Assembly: GCA_039028615.1 (NCBI GenBank)
Contig: JBCCHT010000001.1
Coordinates: forward strand, 128,001-192,000
DNA: 64,000 bases
From: Myxococcota bacterium
GTDB lineage: Bacteria; Myxococcota_A; Polyangia; Nannocystales; Nannocystaceae
Direction: 5' to 3'
Below the pieces are notes generated by a model. The model was not told the DNA's origin. It saw only the letters and a program-made list of their open reading frames with translations, and did not search any database. This document shows positions 20,582-30,543 of this stretch, piece after piece. Position numbers and translations under genes: made by a program. Each line of letters begins with the position of its first letter. Position 1 is the first letter of the stretch.

Positions 20582-21220
20582 TCAGCGCCCCGGCTCCGCC
20601 TCGACCGCACCGATGTGCTCGCGAAGGGCCCGGGCCCAGCCTTCGAGGTTCGACAGCGTGGACTCGAGGACCCGGTGGTCGGCCGCGATGGAGCCCAGCG
20701 CCTTGGCCAGCGCCTTGCGCCCGCGAAGCAGCCAGGTCTTGGCCGTCCCGAGCGGAATGTCGAGGACCTGCGCGATGTCGGACCCGCGCATGCCTTCCCA
20801 GTAGTGCAGCTCGAGCACGACCTGCTGATTGAGCGGCAGCCGACGCAGCCCTTCGAGGATGAGCCGCTGCTCCCGGCGACGCGCCACCACGCGGCTGGGC
20901 GATGGATCGAGGTCGAGCGCGGTGACCTCGTCGAAGTCGACCTGAGGCGGCGTGCGACGGAGGCTGCGGTAGTGACGACACAGGAGCCGATAGGCGACGC
21001 CAAAGAGGTAGCGACGAAAATCCTCGGGCCGCTGCAGACGCTCGATGCCCTCGAGGCAGGCGAGGAAGGTCTTCTGGACGAGATCGTCGGCGGCTTCGCC
21101 CGCCTTGTTGCAGAAAAAACGCGCAACCGGCTCGTAGTAGCGCTCGAACAGCTGGTCGGCTGCCGCCCGGTCGCCAGCCTTCCAGGCCAGCGCCAAAGCG
21201 TGGTCTGCGGTCTCACCCAT
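20582..21220 (-). CDS. ECF RNA polymerase sigma factor
   Basis: ADDLVQKTF, ELHYWEGM and GTAKTWL; clear paralog of 9044-9700. Confidence 0.92.
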   Translation of the reverse strand: MGETADHALALAWKAGDRAAADQLFERYYEPVARFFCNKAGEAADDLVQKTFLACLEGIERLQRPEDFRRYLFGVAYRLLCRHYRSLRRTPPQVDFDEVTALDLDPSPSRVVARRREQRLILEGLRRLPLNQQVVLELHYWEGMRGSDIAQVLDIPLGTAKTWLLRGRKALAKALGSIAADHRVLESTLSNLEGWARALREHIGAVEAEPGR

Positions 21221-21378
21221 CAGCCCCTTCAGCATAGCGGAGCAAAAAGCCGACCCAAGGGTGAATCCCGGATCGGGGCGTCGGGAACCACCGAGATATG
21301 CACCCCTCGCCCCCCGACTCGTCTTCCCACGGCCCGATCGGAGCCGGTCTGCACGTGACGTATGCTGTTCCGGCGTCG

Positions 21379-24300
21379 ATGTCCGCCGAAACCGACCCGA
21401 CCGTGGCTGCCAAGGACTTCGTGGTCCCTCGGTTGCTCGATGATGCGGACGGAAAACTGCGTAAGCACGCGATCAAGGCCGCGCTCATCGGCGACGACGG
21501 CCCGAGCCAGCAGATCGGCCGCTACCAGGTGCAGCGGCGCCTGGGCCAGGGCGGCATGGCCGTCGTCTATGCCGCCCGCGACGAGACGCTCGAGCGCACG
21601 GTCGCGCTCAAGCTCCTGACCCGTGGCACCGATCTGGACGAGTCGACCGAGCGACGACGACTGCTGCGAGAGGCCACCGCGCTGGCGCGGCTGCAGCATC
21701 GCGCGGTCGCGACCGTGCACGAGGTCGATGTCCACGATGGGCACACCTACCTCGCCATGGAGTACGTGGACGGGCAGACCCTGGGTCAGTGGCTCGAAGA
21801 GCGCCCCCGCCCGTGGCGAGAGGTCGTGGGCGCATTCATCGAGGCCGGCGAGGGCCTGGCGGCGGCCCACGCCTCCGACATCATTCATCGCGACTTCAAG
21901 CCCGCGAACGTCATGGTGGCGAAGGACGGGCGCATCGTGGTGCTCGACTTCGGGCTCGCTCGCTCCGCCCGGGTCGACGCGGTGGAGGACCCCGAGGCGC
22001 TCGAGGCCCTCATCGCCCCCGCCCAGGACTCGTCGGAGCTGTCGTTCGACCTCACCATGACCGGGACCCTGCTCGGCACGCCCGGCTACATGTCGCCCGA
22101 GCAGTTCCTGGGGGTCGAGACCACCGCCGCGAGCGACCAGTTCAGCTTCTGCGTGGCGCTGTTCGAGGCCTTGCACGGCGAGCGCCCCTTCCCCGCCCGG
22201 TCGATCGCCGAGCTGGCCCGCGCGGTGACCTTGGACCCCCGCCCTTCGCTGCGCAGCGGGGTCCCGCGACGGCTGCGACGAGCCGTACGGCGTGGCCTGG
22301 CTGCCTCGCCCGAAGAGCGCTGGCCCTCGATGCCCGCGCTGCTCGACGAGCTACGCCGCGTGATTCGACCCCGACGACCGCTGGTGATGGTCGCGGGCGG
22401 AGCCTTGGTCGCCGCCGCGAGCCTGGGTGCCGCGGCGTGGTACGCCGACCATGTCGACGCGCAGGCCGAGGAGCAGTTCGCTGCCCAAGACCGTGAGGTT
22501 CGAGACGCCACGCGCATGCAGGCCGTCTCGTCGCTCGCGGATTCCGACCCCACCGCGGCCTTGGCCTTGGTGCGCGAGGTCGAAGATCCCGCGGGCACCA
22601 AGCAGTGGTCCGAGACCGCGCTGGGGCTGCTGCAGCGCCCGTACTGCCAGGTCGTGCGTCGAGACCACGGCGAGGCCTGGCCCTGGACGACGAGCGTATC
22701 CCCGAGCGGTACCCATGTCCTCACCGGGTCCAGAGACGGCAGCGTGCACCTGTCGCGCATGGACGGTCACGGCAAGGCCTGGGCCGCCCACGACGTCGAC
22801 GCGGTGGCGGCGGCTTTTTCTCCCGACGGGCGCATGATTGCCAGCGCGGGCACGGCCGTGCGGGCGTGGACCTTCGACGGGTCCCCCGATCCCGCCGAGG
22901 CAGTCACGTTCCGCTCGCTGTCCGCCCTGATGACCAGCGGCTCGACGCCGGGCATCGCCGTCTCCAACGACGGACTCATCGTCAACGGCTCCAACGACGG
23001 CACCGTCTATCTGTGGCGGGTCCCCGACTCCGATCGAGAGCCGGGACCGCCCCAGATCCTCGCCGCCCACGACAAGGCCGCCTGGAGCGTGAGCCTCAGC
23101 CCCGACCGACGGACCCTGGCCACCGCCTCGATCGACGGTACCGCCAAGATCTGGTCGCTCGACTCGGCCGAGCCCACCGAGCTGGCCACGCTCCGCCACG
23201 ACGGGCCGATCTGGACGATCCGCTTCAGCCCCGACGGTGAGCAGCTGCTCACCGCAACCAGCGATCACCACGCCACGCTGTGGTCGGCGAGCACGGGCGA
23301 GCCGCTCGCCGAGTGGAGCCACGACGGACCTCTGCTCAACGCCGATTTCTCCCCCGACGGCCGACGCGTGGCCACGGGCGGCGAGCAAGGCACCGTGCAG
23401 CTGTGGTCGACCGAGCGCCCGGACGAGCCCGCCGTGGTGCTGCGCGGGCACGCGGCCAACGTCAACGACGTCGAGTTCTCGCCCGACGGTGGGCGACTGC
23501 TCAGCACCTCGCAGGACGCCACCGCGCGGGTCTGGGCCGTGCCCGACCGCGGCGCTTCGGTGGACGCCCCCGTCGTGTTCCAGATCGGTGAGCCCGTGTT
23601 CTTCGGTCGCTTCTCCCCCGATGGCGAACGCATCGTGCTCTCGTCGGAAAACAGCGTGACCCGGGTCTGCCACGTGCAGCGGCCCGCGTCTCGCACCACC
23701 GTCGAGCTTCCCAACACCCTGCGGTCGATGGCGGCGAGCGCCGACGGCTCGATGCTCGTGGGCACCACCTCGCGTGGCCTCGTGCAGCTGTCCGGCTCGA
23801 ACATCTCGACCATCGATGCCGAGACGCCGTGGGAGCACCACACCATCGACCTGACCCCTGATGGCACCTGGGCCGCCGCGCGGGAGCCTTCCGGCCCCAT
23901 CCGCGTGTGGCAAACGCGGGGCACCCGGGTGCACCGGGCCCCGACCGAGCTCGAGCGCGTGCGAGCCATCGCCCTGGCGCCCGACGCCACGCTGCTGGCC
24001 GCGGCCGACGACCGGGGCGAGCTCCAGGTCTGGTCCATCAGTGCTTCGGGCCTCGAGCCACGAGCGCGACTGTCGGGGCGCGGGGCCAGCATCGAGACGC
24101 TGACCTTCACCAAGCGGGGCGCGCTGGTGGCCGGCGACCGCGAAGGGCGACTGCTGCACTGGTCCGACCTGGACGACGACCCGGCGCTGCTCGACACGGG
24201 GCGCGACGCGCTGCTGTTGGTCGTCGCCGATCTCGTCCGCAACCGGGTCGCCGCCCTCGACGAAGCGGGCACGACTCGCGTCTGGGAGGTCACCGACGAC

Positions 24301-24711
24301 GGCCGCTTCACCGCCACCGCCAATCTGAAGGCCGACCCGGCCCGGCCCCGGACCCTCGCCTTCGTCGACGGCGGTGAAGCCCTGCTGGGCGCGGCCGCCG
24401 ATGGCCGAGTCCTGCGATGGCGCGACCACAGCCCCGAAGCATGGCAGCCCGTGGCCTCGCTCCCCGCCGGCGGCGACCTCGGCTCGATGGTCATCGTCGC
24501 GAACGGCCAGCGCGTCGTGGGAGGCGGGGTCGCCAATCGCCTCGTGCATCGCTGGGAGACGGCGGACTTCGAGACCGACCCACAGACGCTCCAGCGGCGG
24601 CTGTGGGCCGCGACCACCGAATGCCTGTCCGTGGCTCACCGCCGCGAGCTGCTGGGCCAAGACGAAGACACGGCCCAGGCCGCGCTCGAGGCGTGTCGCG
24701 CCGAGTACTAG
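21379..24711 (+). CDS. Ser/Thr kinase with WD40 repeats
   Basis: GQGGMA, HRDFKPAN, DFG and SPE motifs; repeated FSPDG...ATxSxDGTAxxW units. Confidence 0.93.
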   Translation: MSAETDPTVAAKDFVVPRLLDDADGKLRKHAIKAALIGDDGPSQQIGRYQVQRRLGQGGMAVVYAARDETLERTVALKLLTRGTDLDESTERRRLLREATALARLQHRAVATVHEVDVHDGHTYLAMEYVDGQTLGQWLEERPRPWREVVGAFIEAGEGLAAAHASDIIHRDFKPANVMVAKDGRIVVLDFGLARSARVDAVEDPEALEALIAPAQDSSELSFDLTMTGTLLGTPGYMSPEQFLGVETTAASDQFSFCVALFEALHGERPFPARSIAELARAVTLDPRPSLRSGVPRRLRRAVRRGLAASPEERWPSMPALLDELRRVIRPRRPLVMVAGGALVAAASLGAAAWYADHVDAQAEEQFAAQDREVRDATRMQAVSSLADSDPTAALALVREVEDPAGTKQWSETALGLLQRPYCQVVRRDHGEAWPWTTSVSPSGTHVLTGSRDGSVHLSRMDGHGKAWAAHDVDAVAAAFSPDGRMIASAGTAVRAWTFDGSPDPAEAVTFRSLSALMTSGSTPGIAVSNDGLIVNGSNDGTVYLWRVPDSDREPGPPQILAAHDKAAWSVSLSPDRRTLATASIDGTAKIWSLDSAEPTELATLRHDGPIWTIRFSPDGEQLLTATSDHHATLWSASTGEPLAEWSHDGPLLNADFSPDGRRVATGGEQGTVQLWSTERPDEPAVVLRGHAANVNDVEFSPDGGRLLSTSQDATARVWAVPDRGASVDAPVVFQIGEPVFFGRFSPDGERIVLSSENSVTRVCHVQRPASRTTVELPNTLRSMAASADGSMLVGTTSRGLVQLSGSNISTIDAETPWEHHTIDLTPDGTWAAAREPSGPIRVWQTRGTRVHRAPTELERVRAIALAPDATLLAAADDRGELQVWSISASGLEPRARLSGRGASIETLTFTKRGALVAGDREGRLLHWSDLDDDPALLDTGRDALLLVVADLVRNRVAALDEAGTTRVWEVTDDGRFTATANLKADPARPRTLAFVDGGEALLGAAADGRVLRWRDHSPEAWQPVASLPAGGDLGSMVIVANGQRVVGGGVANRLVHRWETADFETDPQTLQRRLWAATTECLSVAHRRELLGQDEDTAQAALEACRAEY

Positions 24712-24734
24712 GCCGAGGCGCACCACCACCGCAC

Positions 24735-24765
24735 AAAAAAAGACGGCCCTTCAAAAGGGCCGTCT
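24735..24765 (-). terminator. Rho-independent terminator downstream of the tRNA-Ala 3' fragment
   Basis: AGACGGCCCTT-caa-AAGGGCCGTCT stem followed by a T-tract on the minus strand. Confidence 0.85.
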
Positions 24766-24769
24766 CGGG

Positions 24770-24814
24770 TGGAGGATGACGGGATCGAACCGACGACATT
24801 CGGCTTGCAAAGCC
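24770..24814 (-). repeat. 3' half of tRNA-Ala(TGC): att site at the island edge
   Basis: Minus strand reads GGCTT-TGC-AAGCCGAATGTCGTCGGTTCGATCCCGTCATCCTCCA (anticodon arm, T arm, acceptor 3' strand); no D arm or 5' half upstream; about 180 bp from an integrase. Confidence 0.85.
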
Positions 24815-24992
24815 TTGGGCGGCCACTTTGCGGGCCTTTGTATTGCCTTGTTGATTCTTGCGAAATCATGGAGCTAATGACCTCTAGAGGGCCAACGACG
24901 CCACGCGGCATCGCTCCCACGTTTGCGGCATTTTGCGTGCGGCTGTGCCCACCCTGTGCCCACGGCTGGCCCGCAGTAGCTAGGCTGAGAAG

Positions 24993-26351
24993 GTGGGGCT
25001 AAGCAACCGAAGCATCCAATCGGCGACTCGCAGCGGGCGACGTGTCGAACTTCAGGACGATGCCGTGCCGGGGCTGCATGTGGTCGTGACGAAGGCGGGC
25101 TCGGCCTCGTTCGCCGTCCGTTACCGCATCCCAGGCGTGGGCCAGCGCCGCCTTCGGATCGGACGATACGGAATCCTGACCGTTGACCAGGCCCGCAAAC
25201 TGGCTCGCAGCAAGCTCGCCGAGGTGGCGGCAGGGAAAGACCCGGCCAGGCCCGCCCCCACACCTCAAGTTCAGCCCCTCACCCAAGCGACGAGCGGCTA
25301 CCTCGAGCAGGCCGAGCATCGCCTTCGACCCAAAACGATGCAGACCTATCGGTCTGCCCTGGGGCGCATGCTCACCTGGGCAAGCCGCAGCGGCATCCGG
25401 AGCACCGCCGATCTAGACCGACCACAGCTAGCGGCGCTACGCGCCTGGCTCATCGCCTTACCCAAGCAGCGGGCCAAGACCGGAGGCAAACGAGGGCAAC
25501 AGGCCGCCACCCGCTCCCGCCGGAGCCCCGTGGCCGTCAACCGAGAGCTGCGGGCCATCAAGACCTTCCTCCACGAACTTCGGCGATCAGACCGACTGCC
25601 TCACCTGGATCGCGATGCGGTGGCCGACACCCTGCGAGCGCTTCCGGTGCCGCGCGAGCAGCCCTTCTTCCTCAGCCCGCCGCAGATCAAGAAGCTCCTC
25701 AAGGCTTGCCTGGCACATGACCAAGCGACCTTCGTGCTCACGCGGCGTGAGCGAGAGGGACTCGATCCAAAGGGCAGCACCCTGCGCCACCGACCCATCG
25801 CCCCCTTCGCAGCCCTTCTGCTGCTGTCGGGCATGCGCCGTGGTGAAGCCTTGGCGCTGCGCTGGCGAGATGTAGATCTGGACGCCACGGACGTCAGCGG
25901 CCACCCCGTCGGTGAGATCCGCTTGCGCGCTGCGGCGACCAAGACCCACCAAGCCCGCACCGTAGGGCTTGAGGTCTCCCCTCGCCTGCGCTTGCTCCTT
26001 CAGGTGATGCAGCGCTGCGCGCAAGGGAGCACTGTCTTCGAGGGGTACAGCGCTCAGTCGGTGAGCAGCGCTCGTGCACGCCTGGTTCGAGATTTCGGGG
26101 CACCGCACTTCGATTGGCAGGGTCTGCGCTCCACCTGTGGCACCTACCTGACCAACGCCCCGTCCATCTTCGGGGCCGCCGCCCCCTTCATGAGCGCCCG
26201 CCAACTGGGTCACTCGGTGGTCGTGGCCGAAAAACACTACGCCGGGCTTCTGCGGGGCATCTCCCCGAAGGCCCGCAGCCTCGATGCAGCTATGGGGATC
26301 GAGGACCTGCTCGAGGCCCTGGTTCAGGCCACGCGAAACGACGAGCGTTGA
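24993..26351 (+). CDS. Tyrosine integrase with N-terminal arm-binding domain
   Basis: DDAVPGLHV...RRLRIGRY...TVDQAR arm domain; GMRRGE, TKT, QGLRST, LGHS and HY catalytic residues. Confidence 0.9.
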   Translation: MGLSNRSIQSATRSGRRVELQDDAVPGLHVVVTKAGSASFAVRYRIPGVGQRRLRIGRYGILTVDQARKLARSKLAEVAAGKDPARPAPTPQVQPLTQATSGYLEQAEHRLRPKTMQTYRSALGRMLTWASRSGIRSTADLDRPQLAALRAWLIALPKQRAKTGGKRGQQAATRSRRSPVAVNRELRAIKTFLHELRRSDRLPHLDRDAVADTLRALPVPREQPFFLSPPQIKKLLKACLAHDQATFVLTRREREGLDPKGSTLRHRPIAPFAALLLLSGMRRGEALALRWRDVDLDATDVSGHPVGEIRLRAAATKTHQARTVGLEVSPRLRLLLQVMQRCAQGSTVFEGYSAQSVSSARARLVRDFGAPHFDWQGLRSTCGTYLTNAPSIFGAAAPFMSARQLGHSVVVAEKHYAGLLRGISPKARSLDAAMGIEDLLEALVQATRNDER

Positions 26352-26383
26352 CCGTCGGCGCTCCCGCGAAGCGGAAAGAAGGA

Positions 26384-26689
26384 CTACGCCGCCGTGTTGG
26401 TCCGCAGCCGGGCGTCTCGCCAGGCGCGAAGATCCGCCGCTCGATAGAACACCCGCCGCCCCAGCTTCAAGTACGGCGGACCGCCGCCTCGAGATCGGAG
26501 CGTGTTGAGCGTGGCCGGAGCGAGCCCCACGATGAAGCTCGCCCCGTGGACGTCGACCACTTCGGGCAGCAGTGCGAAGCCGCGCGTAACTGCCTGCGGC
26601 GCAGCTTTTGATGTCGAAGGCACCGCAAGGCTCGTCGGTGTTTCGGGGAGGTGGGTGGCAGGACGCAGGCGGGCCGTCTTGTCGTTCAT
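26384..26689 (-). CDS. Excisionase/AlpA-like HTH protein
   Basis: GLAPATLNTLRSRGGGPPYLKLGRRVFYRAADLRAW; AAGGA RBS before the ATG; convergent with the integrase. Confidence 0.8.
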   Translation of the reverse strand: MNDKTARLRPATHLPETPTSLAVPSTSKAAPQAVTRGFALLPEVVDVHGASFIVGLAPATLNTLRSRGGGPPYLKLGRRVFYRAADLRAWRDARLRTNTAA

Positions 26690-26873
26690 CAAAGTTGTCC
26701 TTGTTGGCGACTGGGTCTGCCGCGTTTTCCGTCGCTGGCTACAGGCTGGCCTAGATGCAAAGAAGGCGCTGGAGTGGATGCTCCAAGCGCCTCGCACCAG
26801 GTGGTGCGGCTCATGACCATGCGAAGTTAGGTTCCTTGATGATTCCCTCCGGTGGAAGCATCACAAGCAAGTC

Positions 26874-27215
26874 CTAGCTCGCCTTGGCCTGGGTCTGGCC
26901 CCCCGTTCGTGGAAGAAGCGGGATCTGGGCACCGACCGGGCACCGTTTGGAGCGCACTTGGGTGGCTTTGCCATCCTCCTGCGGAATCCCGTACAGGTAA
27001 CCGTCCTCGCGAGTGAGCCCGCGGACCTCTTTGATGGGGACCGCCAGTTGCTGCGAGACCTGGGCAATCGCCGCCTCGGGGGAGACGGTACAAAGTCCCA
27101 GGAAGCGGAAGGGGGGTTTCTCCGCCCGTCCGATTCGTGCCTCGACCACGGTCAGCACCAGCCCCGTAGGGGGCAAGGCTTGCCGCATTGAGGTGTTTTT
27201 GTTGGCTTGATTCAT
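26874..27215 (-). CDS. Small hypothetical protein
   Basis: 113-aa ATG ORF co-oriented with the Xis-like gene; no recognisable motif. Confidence 0.35.
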   Translation of the reverse strand: MNQANKNTSMRQALPPTGLVLTVVEARIGRAEKPPFRFLGLCTVSPEAAIAQVSQQLAVPIKEVRGLTREDGYLYGIPQEDGKATQVRSKRCPVGAQIPLLPRTGGQTQAKAS

Positions 27216-27513
27216 GACATAGGGGGTTAGGATCTAAGGGTTGTGGTCCTTCTCCGGAGTGCGGACCACTCGATCATCGTGGCGCGCAACGTTGAGGGTG
27301 CAAGTGTCCCTTTTCTGCCTGGGCGTTTGGGTGGGGGCCACCTGGTCGATCGGTATCTTCGCCTTGCAACCCGCCTGCTGCCTGGTGGTGTCAAACCAAT
27401 ATCGACGCGCCGCCCCCTTGCAGGGCACGTGGAGACAAACGGAGCGATGAAGTGCACGTTCGGCTCCTGGCCGGCAGCGTTTGGCGGCCGCGCTTGCGAC
27501 CTCCCCCTTCTCG

Positions 27514-29058
27514 ATGAAGACCCCCATGACCCACCGCCAGAGCCCCACCAAGAGCGAGGCATCGCTCTCGGCAGGCGAGGTGCTGGGAGCGGCCCTGGTT
27601 CTCGCCCTCGTGGGATGGGGGGTGACCCGGGCGGCAACGTGGATGAGCGGCCAAGCGCTGCCTCTATGGGCTAGCTTGAAGTTGGCGGCCGCATACGCGG
27701 GCTTGGGGCTGCTCGGTTTGCTGCTGGCGGCCTTTTTCCTCGATGGCCTGCGGCTGGGTTGGCTGCATCTGCTTCGGGGCGCCCGGATTCGGCGCGCCTG
27801 GAGTCGTTGCCCGGTCCCCAGCCACCAGAGCCTTCGCCCGGGTCAGACCTTGTCGGTCATCGAGCATTGGGCGGCGGAGACCTTCATCGATCTGGCCGAG
27901 GCCGGCTATGGATTTTCGCGGGAGCTCAAGCGCGCGGACTTCCTCGAGATGCGTTCGCTGGTGATGGGGCAGGTGCCCCAGGACCCCGGCCAACGACTAC
28001 GGCTGCAAACCGACGTGGTGGCCCCCTTGTTTGCCAAGTTGGCCGGCGCCGACGAGGCCGCCACGAATCTGGTGAGCCTGGCAAGCGATCAAAGGCCCCA
28101 CCGACGAGCCTTCTTCATCGGTATGCGGCTGCTGTCGATGCTGAGCTTCGGCCTGCTGGGGTGGTCGCCCCTGCGCAGCTACAAGCGGATCGACGAGGAG
28201 CTCCTTCGTCGCGATCCGCAGGCCCTCGAGCGCCTTGTCCTCGAGCGTCCTCTCCTCCTGACGGCCATCGACAAAATCCTGGGTGGCCCGCGGCAGAAAA
28301 CCGCTCCTCATCCCGCGCAAGGTCAGCGCGAAGGCGAAGGAGACCCGAAGGATTCCCCCCGCTCGGCGGCCCCGCCCGGCCCGCTGAATTCATCCGCGAC
28401 TGACCCCCAAGCGACCGACTCCTCTCCGGACCCCGAGGGCCAACCCGAGGTGCTGGCCGGCAACGCCGGTCAGCAGGGGTCCGAGCAGGCGCACGCCAAG
28501 GAAGTCGCCACGAGGCAAGCCCTAGACGCAGTGAACCTGGCCAAGTCCCTGCTAGGTGATGGACAAGATCCTGCATGGGACGAGCCCGAGCCCCTATTGC
28601 AGTCGATGCAAGGTGCTCTGGGCGAGGCCCTCCTCCTCACCGAGCAGGAAGCGGAACATCACCAGCTCCTGCATCGGGTGGAAGGCATGCAGGCGCGGCT
28701 GGAGTCCTATGAAGGATGGAAAACGCGCTGCTTGGCCCTGCCGGATCCCGGCACGTGGCCCCCCCTCCTTGGCCAGGTGATGGCCGGCCTGGCCGACGTG
28801 CCGGGGTGGGAGCTCCCTCGCCGGCTCGACCGAGGCCTCTGCCACGCCTACCTGAGCTGCGAGGATGCATCGAAGCTCCTTTTTCCTCGGTCCGACGTGC
28901 CGCCGCAGGCCTCCACCACTACGGCGGCGACTGACCAACTTCCCTCCCCCGATCCGATGCCAGGTGGCCAGGCAGACGAGGACGTCTCGCCTGGTAGCAG
29001 CGAAAAACTCAGCTTTCTTCGCCCGCCGCCCGACGAAGCAGCGCGCTACGGGCTCTAG
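27514..29058 (+). CDS. Hypothetical membrane protein, first gene of the transfer-like operon
   Basis: Two N-terminal TM segments; 6-bp gap to the next gene; start is uncertain. Confidence 0.6.
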   Translation: MKTPMTHRQSPTKSEASLSAGEVLGAALVLALVGWGVTRAATWMSGQALPLWASLKLAAAYAGLGLLGLLLAAFFLDGLRLGWLHLLRGARIRRAWSRCPVPSHQSLRPGQTLSVIEHWAAETFIDLAEAGYGFSRELKRADFLEMRSLVMGQVPQDPGQRLRLQTDVVAPLFAKLAGADEAATNLVSLASDQRPHRRAFFIGMRLLSMLSFGLLGWSPLRSYKRIDEELLRRDPQALERLVLERPLLLTAIDKILGGPRQKTAPHPAQGQREGEGDPKDSPRSAAPPGPLNSSATDPQATDSSPDPEGQPEVLAGNAGQQGSEQAHAKEVATRQALDAVNLAKSLLGDGQDPAWDEPEPLLQSMQGALGEALLLTEQEAEHHQLLHRVEGMQARLESYEGWKTRCLALPDPGTWPPLLGQVMAGLADVPGWELPRRLDRGLCHAYLSCEDASKLLFPRSDVPPQASTTTAATDQLPSPDPMPGGQADEDVSPGSSEKLSFLRPPPDEAARYGL

Positions 29059-29064
29059 CGCCCC

Positions 29065-30543
29065 ATGGCCGAGCCCCACGCCACCAACCCCCCCAAGAAA
29101 GCCCACGCCGTGACGACCAGGATTTTGCAGATCAAACGTAGCGAGAACCGCTTCGGCTGGGTGATCCGATTCGCCAGCGCGAGCTCGGGGATCATCACCT
29201 TCATGGGCCTGGTGGGAACGCAACCGCTTTGGCTGGCAACGCTACTGGCCTCGGTGTCGGTGGTGCTGGCCTCGGTGGGGTGGACCTTTTTGCTCCGAGC
29301 ATGGCCCCGAGCAAACCGCCGCGAGCGAGGAATGCTGCTGCGTCTGGTGGCCTTGCCGGTCCTGGGCCTGGTGGTGCTCAGCTCCTCGGTCATCGGGATC
29401 TTTGGGTTGGCCACTCCTCAGGCGATTCGCCAGGACATGGTCCAGATCACCGACGAGGTGGCGCCGGTGATTCAGGCGCAGCGAAGTCGCATCGAAGCCG
29501 AGCAGCAACTGCTCCCGCTGCTCGAGCAGGCCGCCCGGGAGTTCGCCGCGATGGCCGAGGATGAAGCTACCCGCGGTCGTTTTACGGGGCACCGAGGCCG
29601 GCGCGGCCGGATCTACGGCGACCTCAAGGCCCTCGCGGGCAACTTCGAGGCGGCGGCAAACACCTTCCGAGAGGGCCAGGAAGGTGCCCGCCTGGCCCTG
29701 CGAGAAGCTCAGATCGCCCTCGGGCAGCTGCGCCGACTTTCGCTCGAGGCGGGCAGTGGCCGACAGGAGCTCCGTCGCGCGAGCGAGGGCTACCGCCAGG
29801 CCCTGGAGACCTTGGCTGGCGCCCTGACTCGGGCCAGACTGTCGCCGCTGGAGAGCACGCTCTCCATCGTCGAGGCCGGCATCGCCCAACAACGACGAAG
29901 CACGACCACGGCCAGGTCGGCTCGACGCCGTGAGCGAGAGGAGGCTGCCGCCACGGCCGTGGGCCAGATTGCGGCCCAGAGCCAGCGTCGCCTGGATGAC
30001 CTGGTCGGTGGTCTGCCGAGCGATTCGCCTCAGCTTCTGCCGATGCGCCTCGCGCTGCCGGTCGAGGCCGTGGCCAAGCACTGGCCCTACATCTTGCCGC
30101 TGGCGGCCTACGTGCTGGCCATCGACCTGGTCCTTCCGGCGCTCATGATCGTGATGCTTGGATTCCTCCACCAACGTCTTCGTCATTCGTCTGGCACGCT
30201 TTCCGAGGATGGCGGCCAGGAGGCCCTGTCCGAGGCCCTCGAGCCGCGCCAGGTCGCCGGTCGAGTCAGTGCTGCACCGACGATGGGCTTGACGCCCATG
30301 CAGGCCGAGGGGACCACGGTCCAGCCCTCGGGGACTGTGACCAGCAACCTGTCCAAGCGCCAAGAGACGGCGCAGGCGGCGATGAACGTCCGGCCCGAGA
30401 CGCAGGTCGATGGGCCCCAGCCCGTGCCCGACATCCAGCAGACCCAGCGGGCGGCGCCCCGACGCCCCCTTCCGAATTCGCCTGCCTCCACGCAGGCGAT
30501 CAAGGCCTTCCTTGAACGACACCGCTACGATCGCACTGGCTGA
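29065..30543 (+). CDS. Membrane protein with about three N-terminal TMs, a long coiled coil and a C-terminal TM
   Basis: Hydrophobic segments flank an A/E/Q/R-rich helical region; overlaps the next gene. Confidence 0.7.
   Translation: MAEPHATNPPKKAHAVTTRILQIKRSENRFGWVIRFASASSGIITFMGLVGTQPLWLATLLASVSVVLASVGWTFLLRAWPRANRRERGMLLRLVALPVLGLVVLSSSVIGIFGLATPQAIRQDMVQITDEVAPVIQAQRSRIEAEQQLLPLLEQAAREFAAMAEDEATRGRFTGHRGRRGRIYGDLKALAGNFEAAANTFREGQEGARLALREAQIALGQLRRLSLEAGSGRQELRRASEGYRQALETLAGALTRARLSPLESTLSIVEAGIAQQRRSTTTARSARRREREEAAATAVGQIAAQSQRRLDDLVGGLPSDSPQLLPMRLALPVEAVAKHWPYILPLAAYVLAIDLVLPALMIVMLGFLHQRLRHSSGTLSEDGGQEALSEALEPRQVAGRVSAAPTMGLTPMQAEGTTVQPSGTVTSNLSKRQETAQAAMNVRPETQVDGPQPVPDIQQTQRAAPRRPLPNSPASTQAIKAFLERHRYDRTG

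Noticed and set aside
1..24711. Many long antisense or alternate-frame ORFs (for example 241-2370, 16027-18840, 22351-24729)
   Set aside because: Shadow ORFs of high-GC coding DNA: Arg/Pro/Gly-rich, no motifs, and they overlap well-supported genes
24770..24850. Intact tRNA-Ala gene
   Set aside because: The sequence 5' of the anticodon arm has no D arm or acceptor 5' strand
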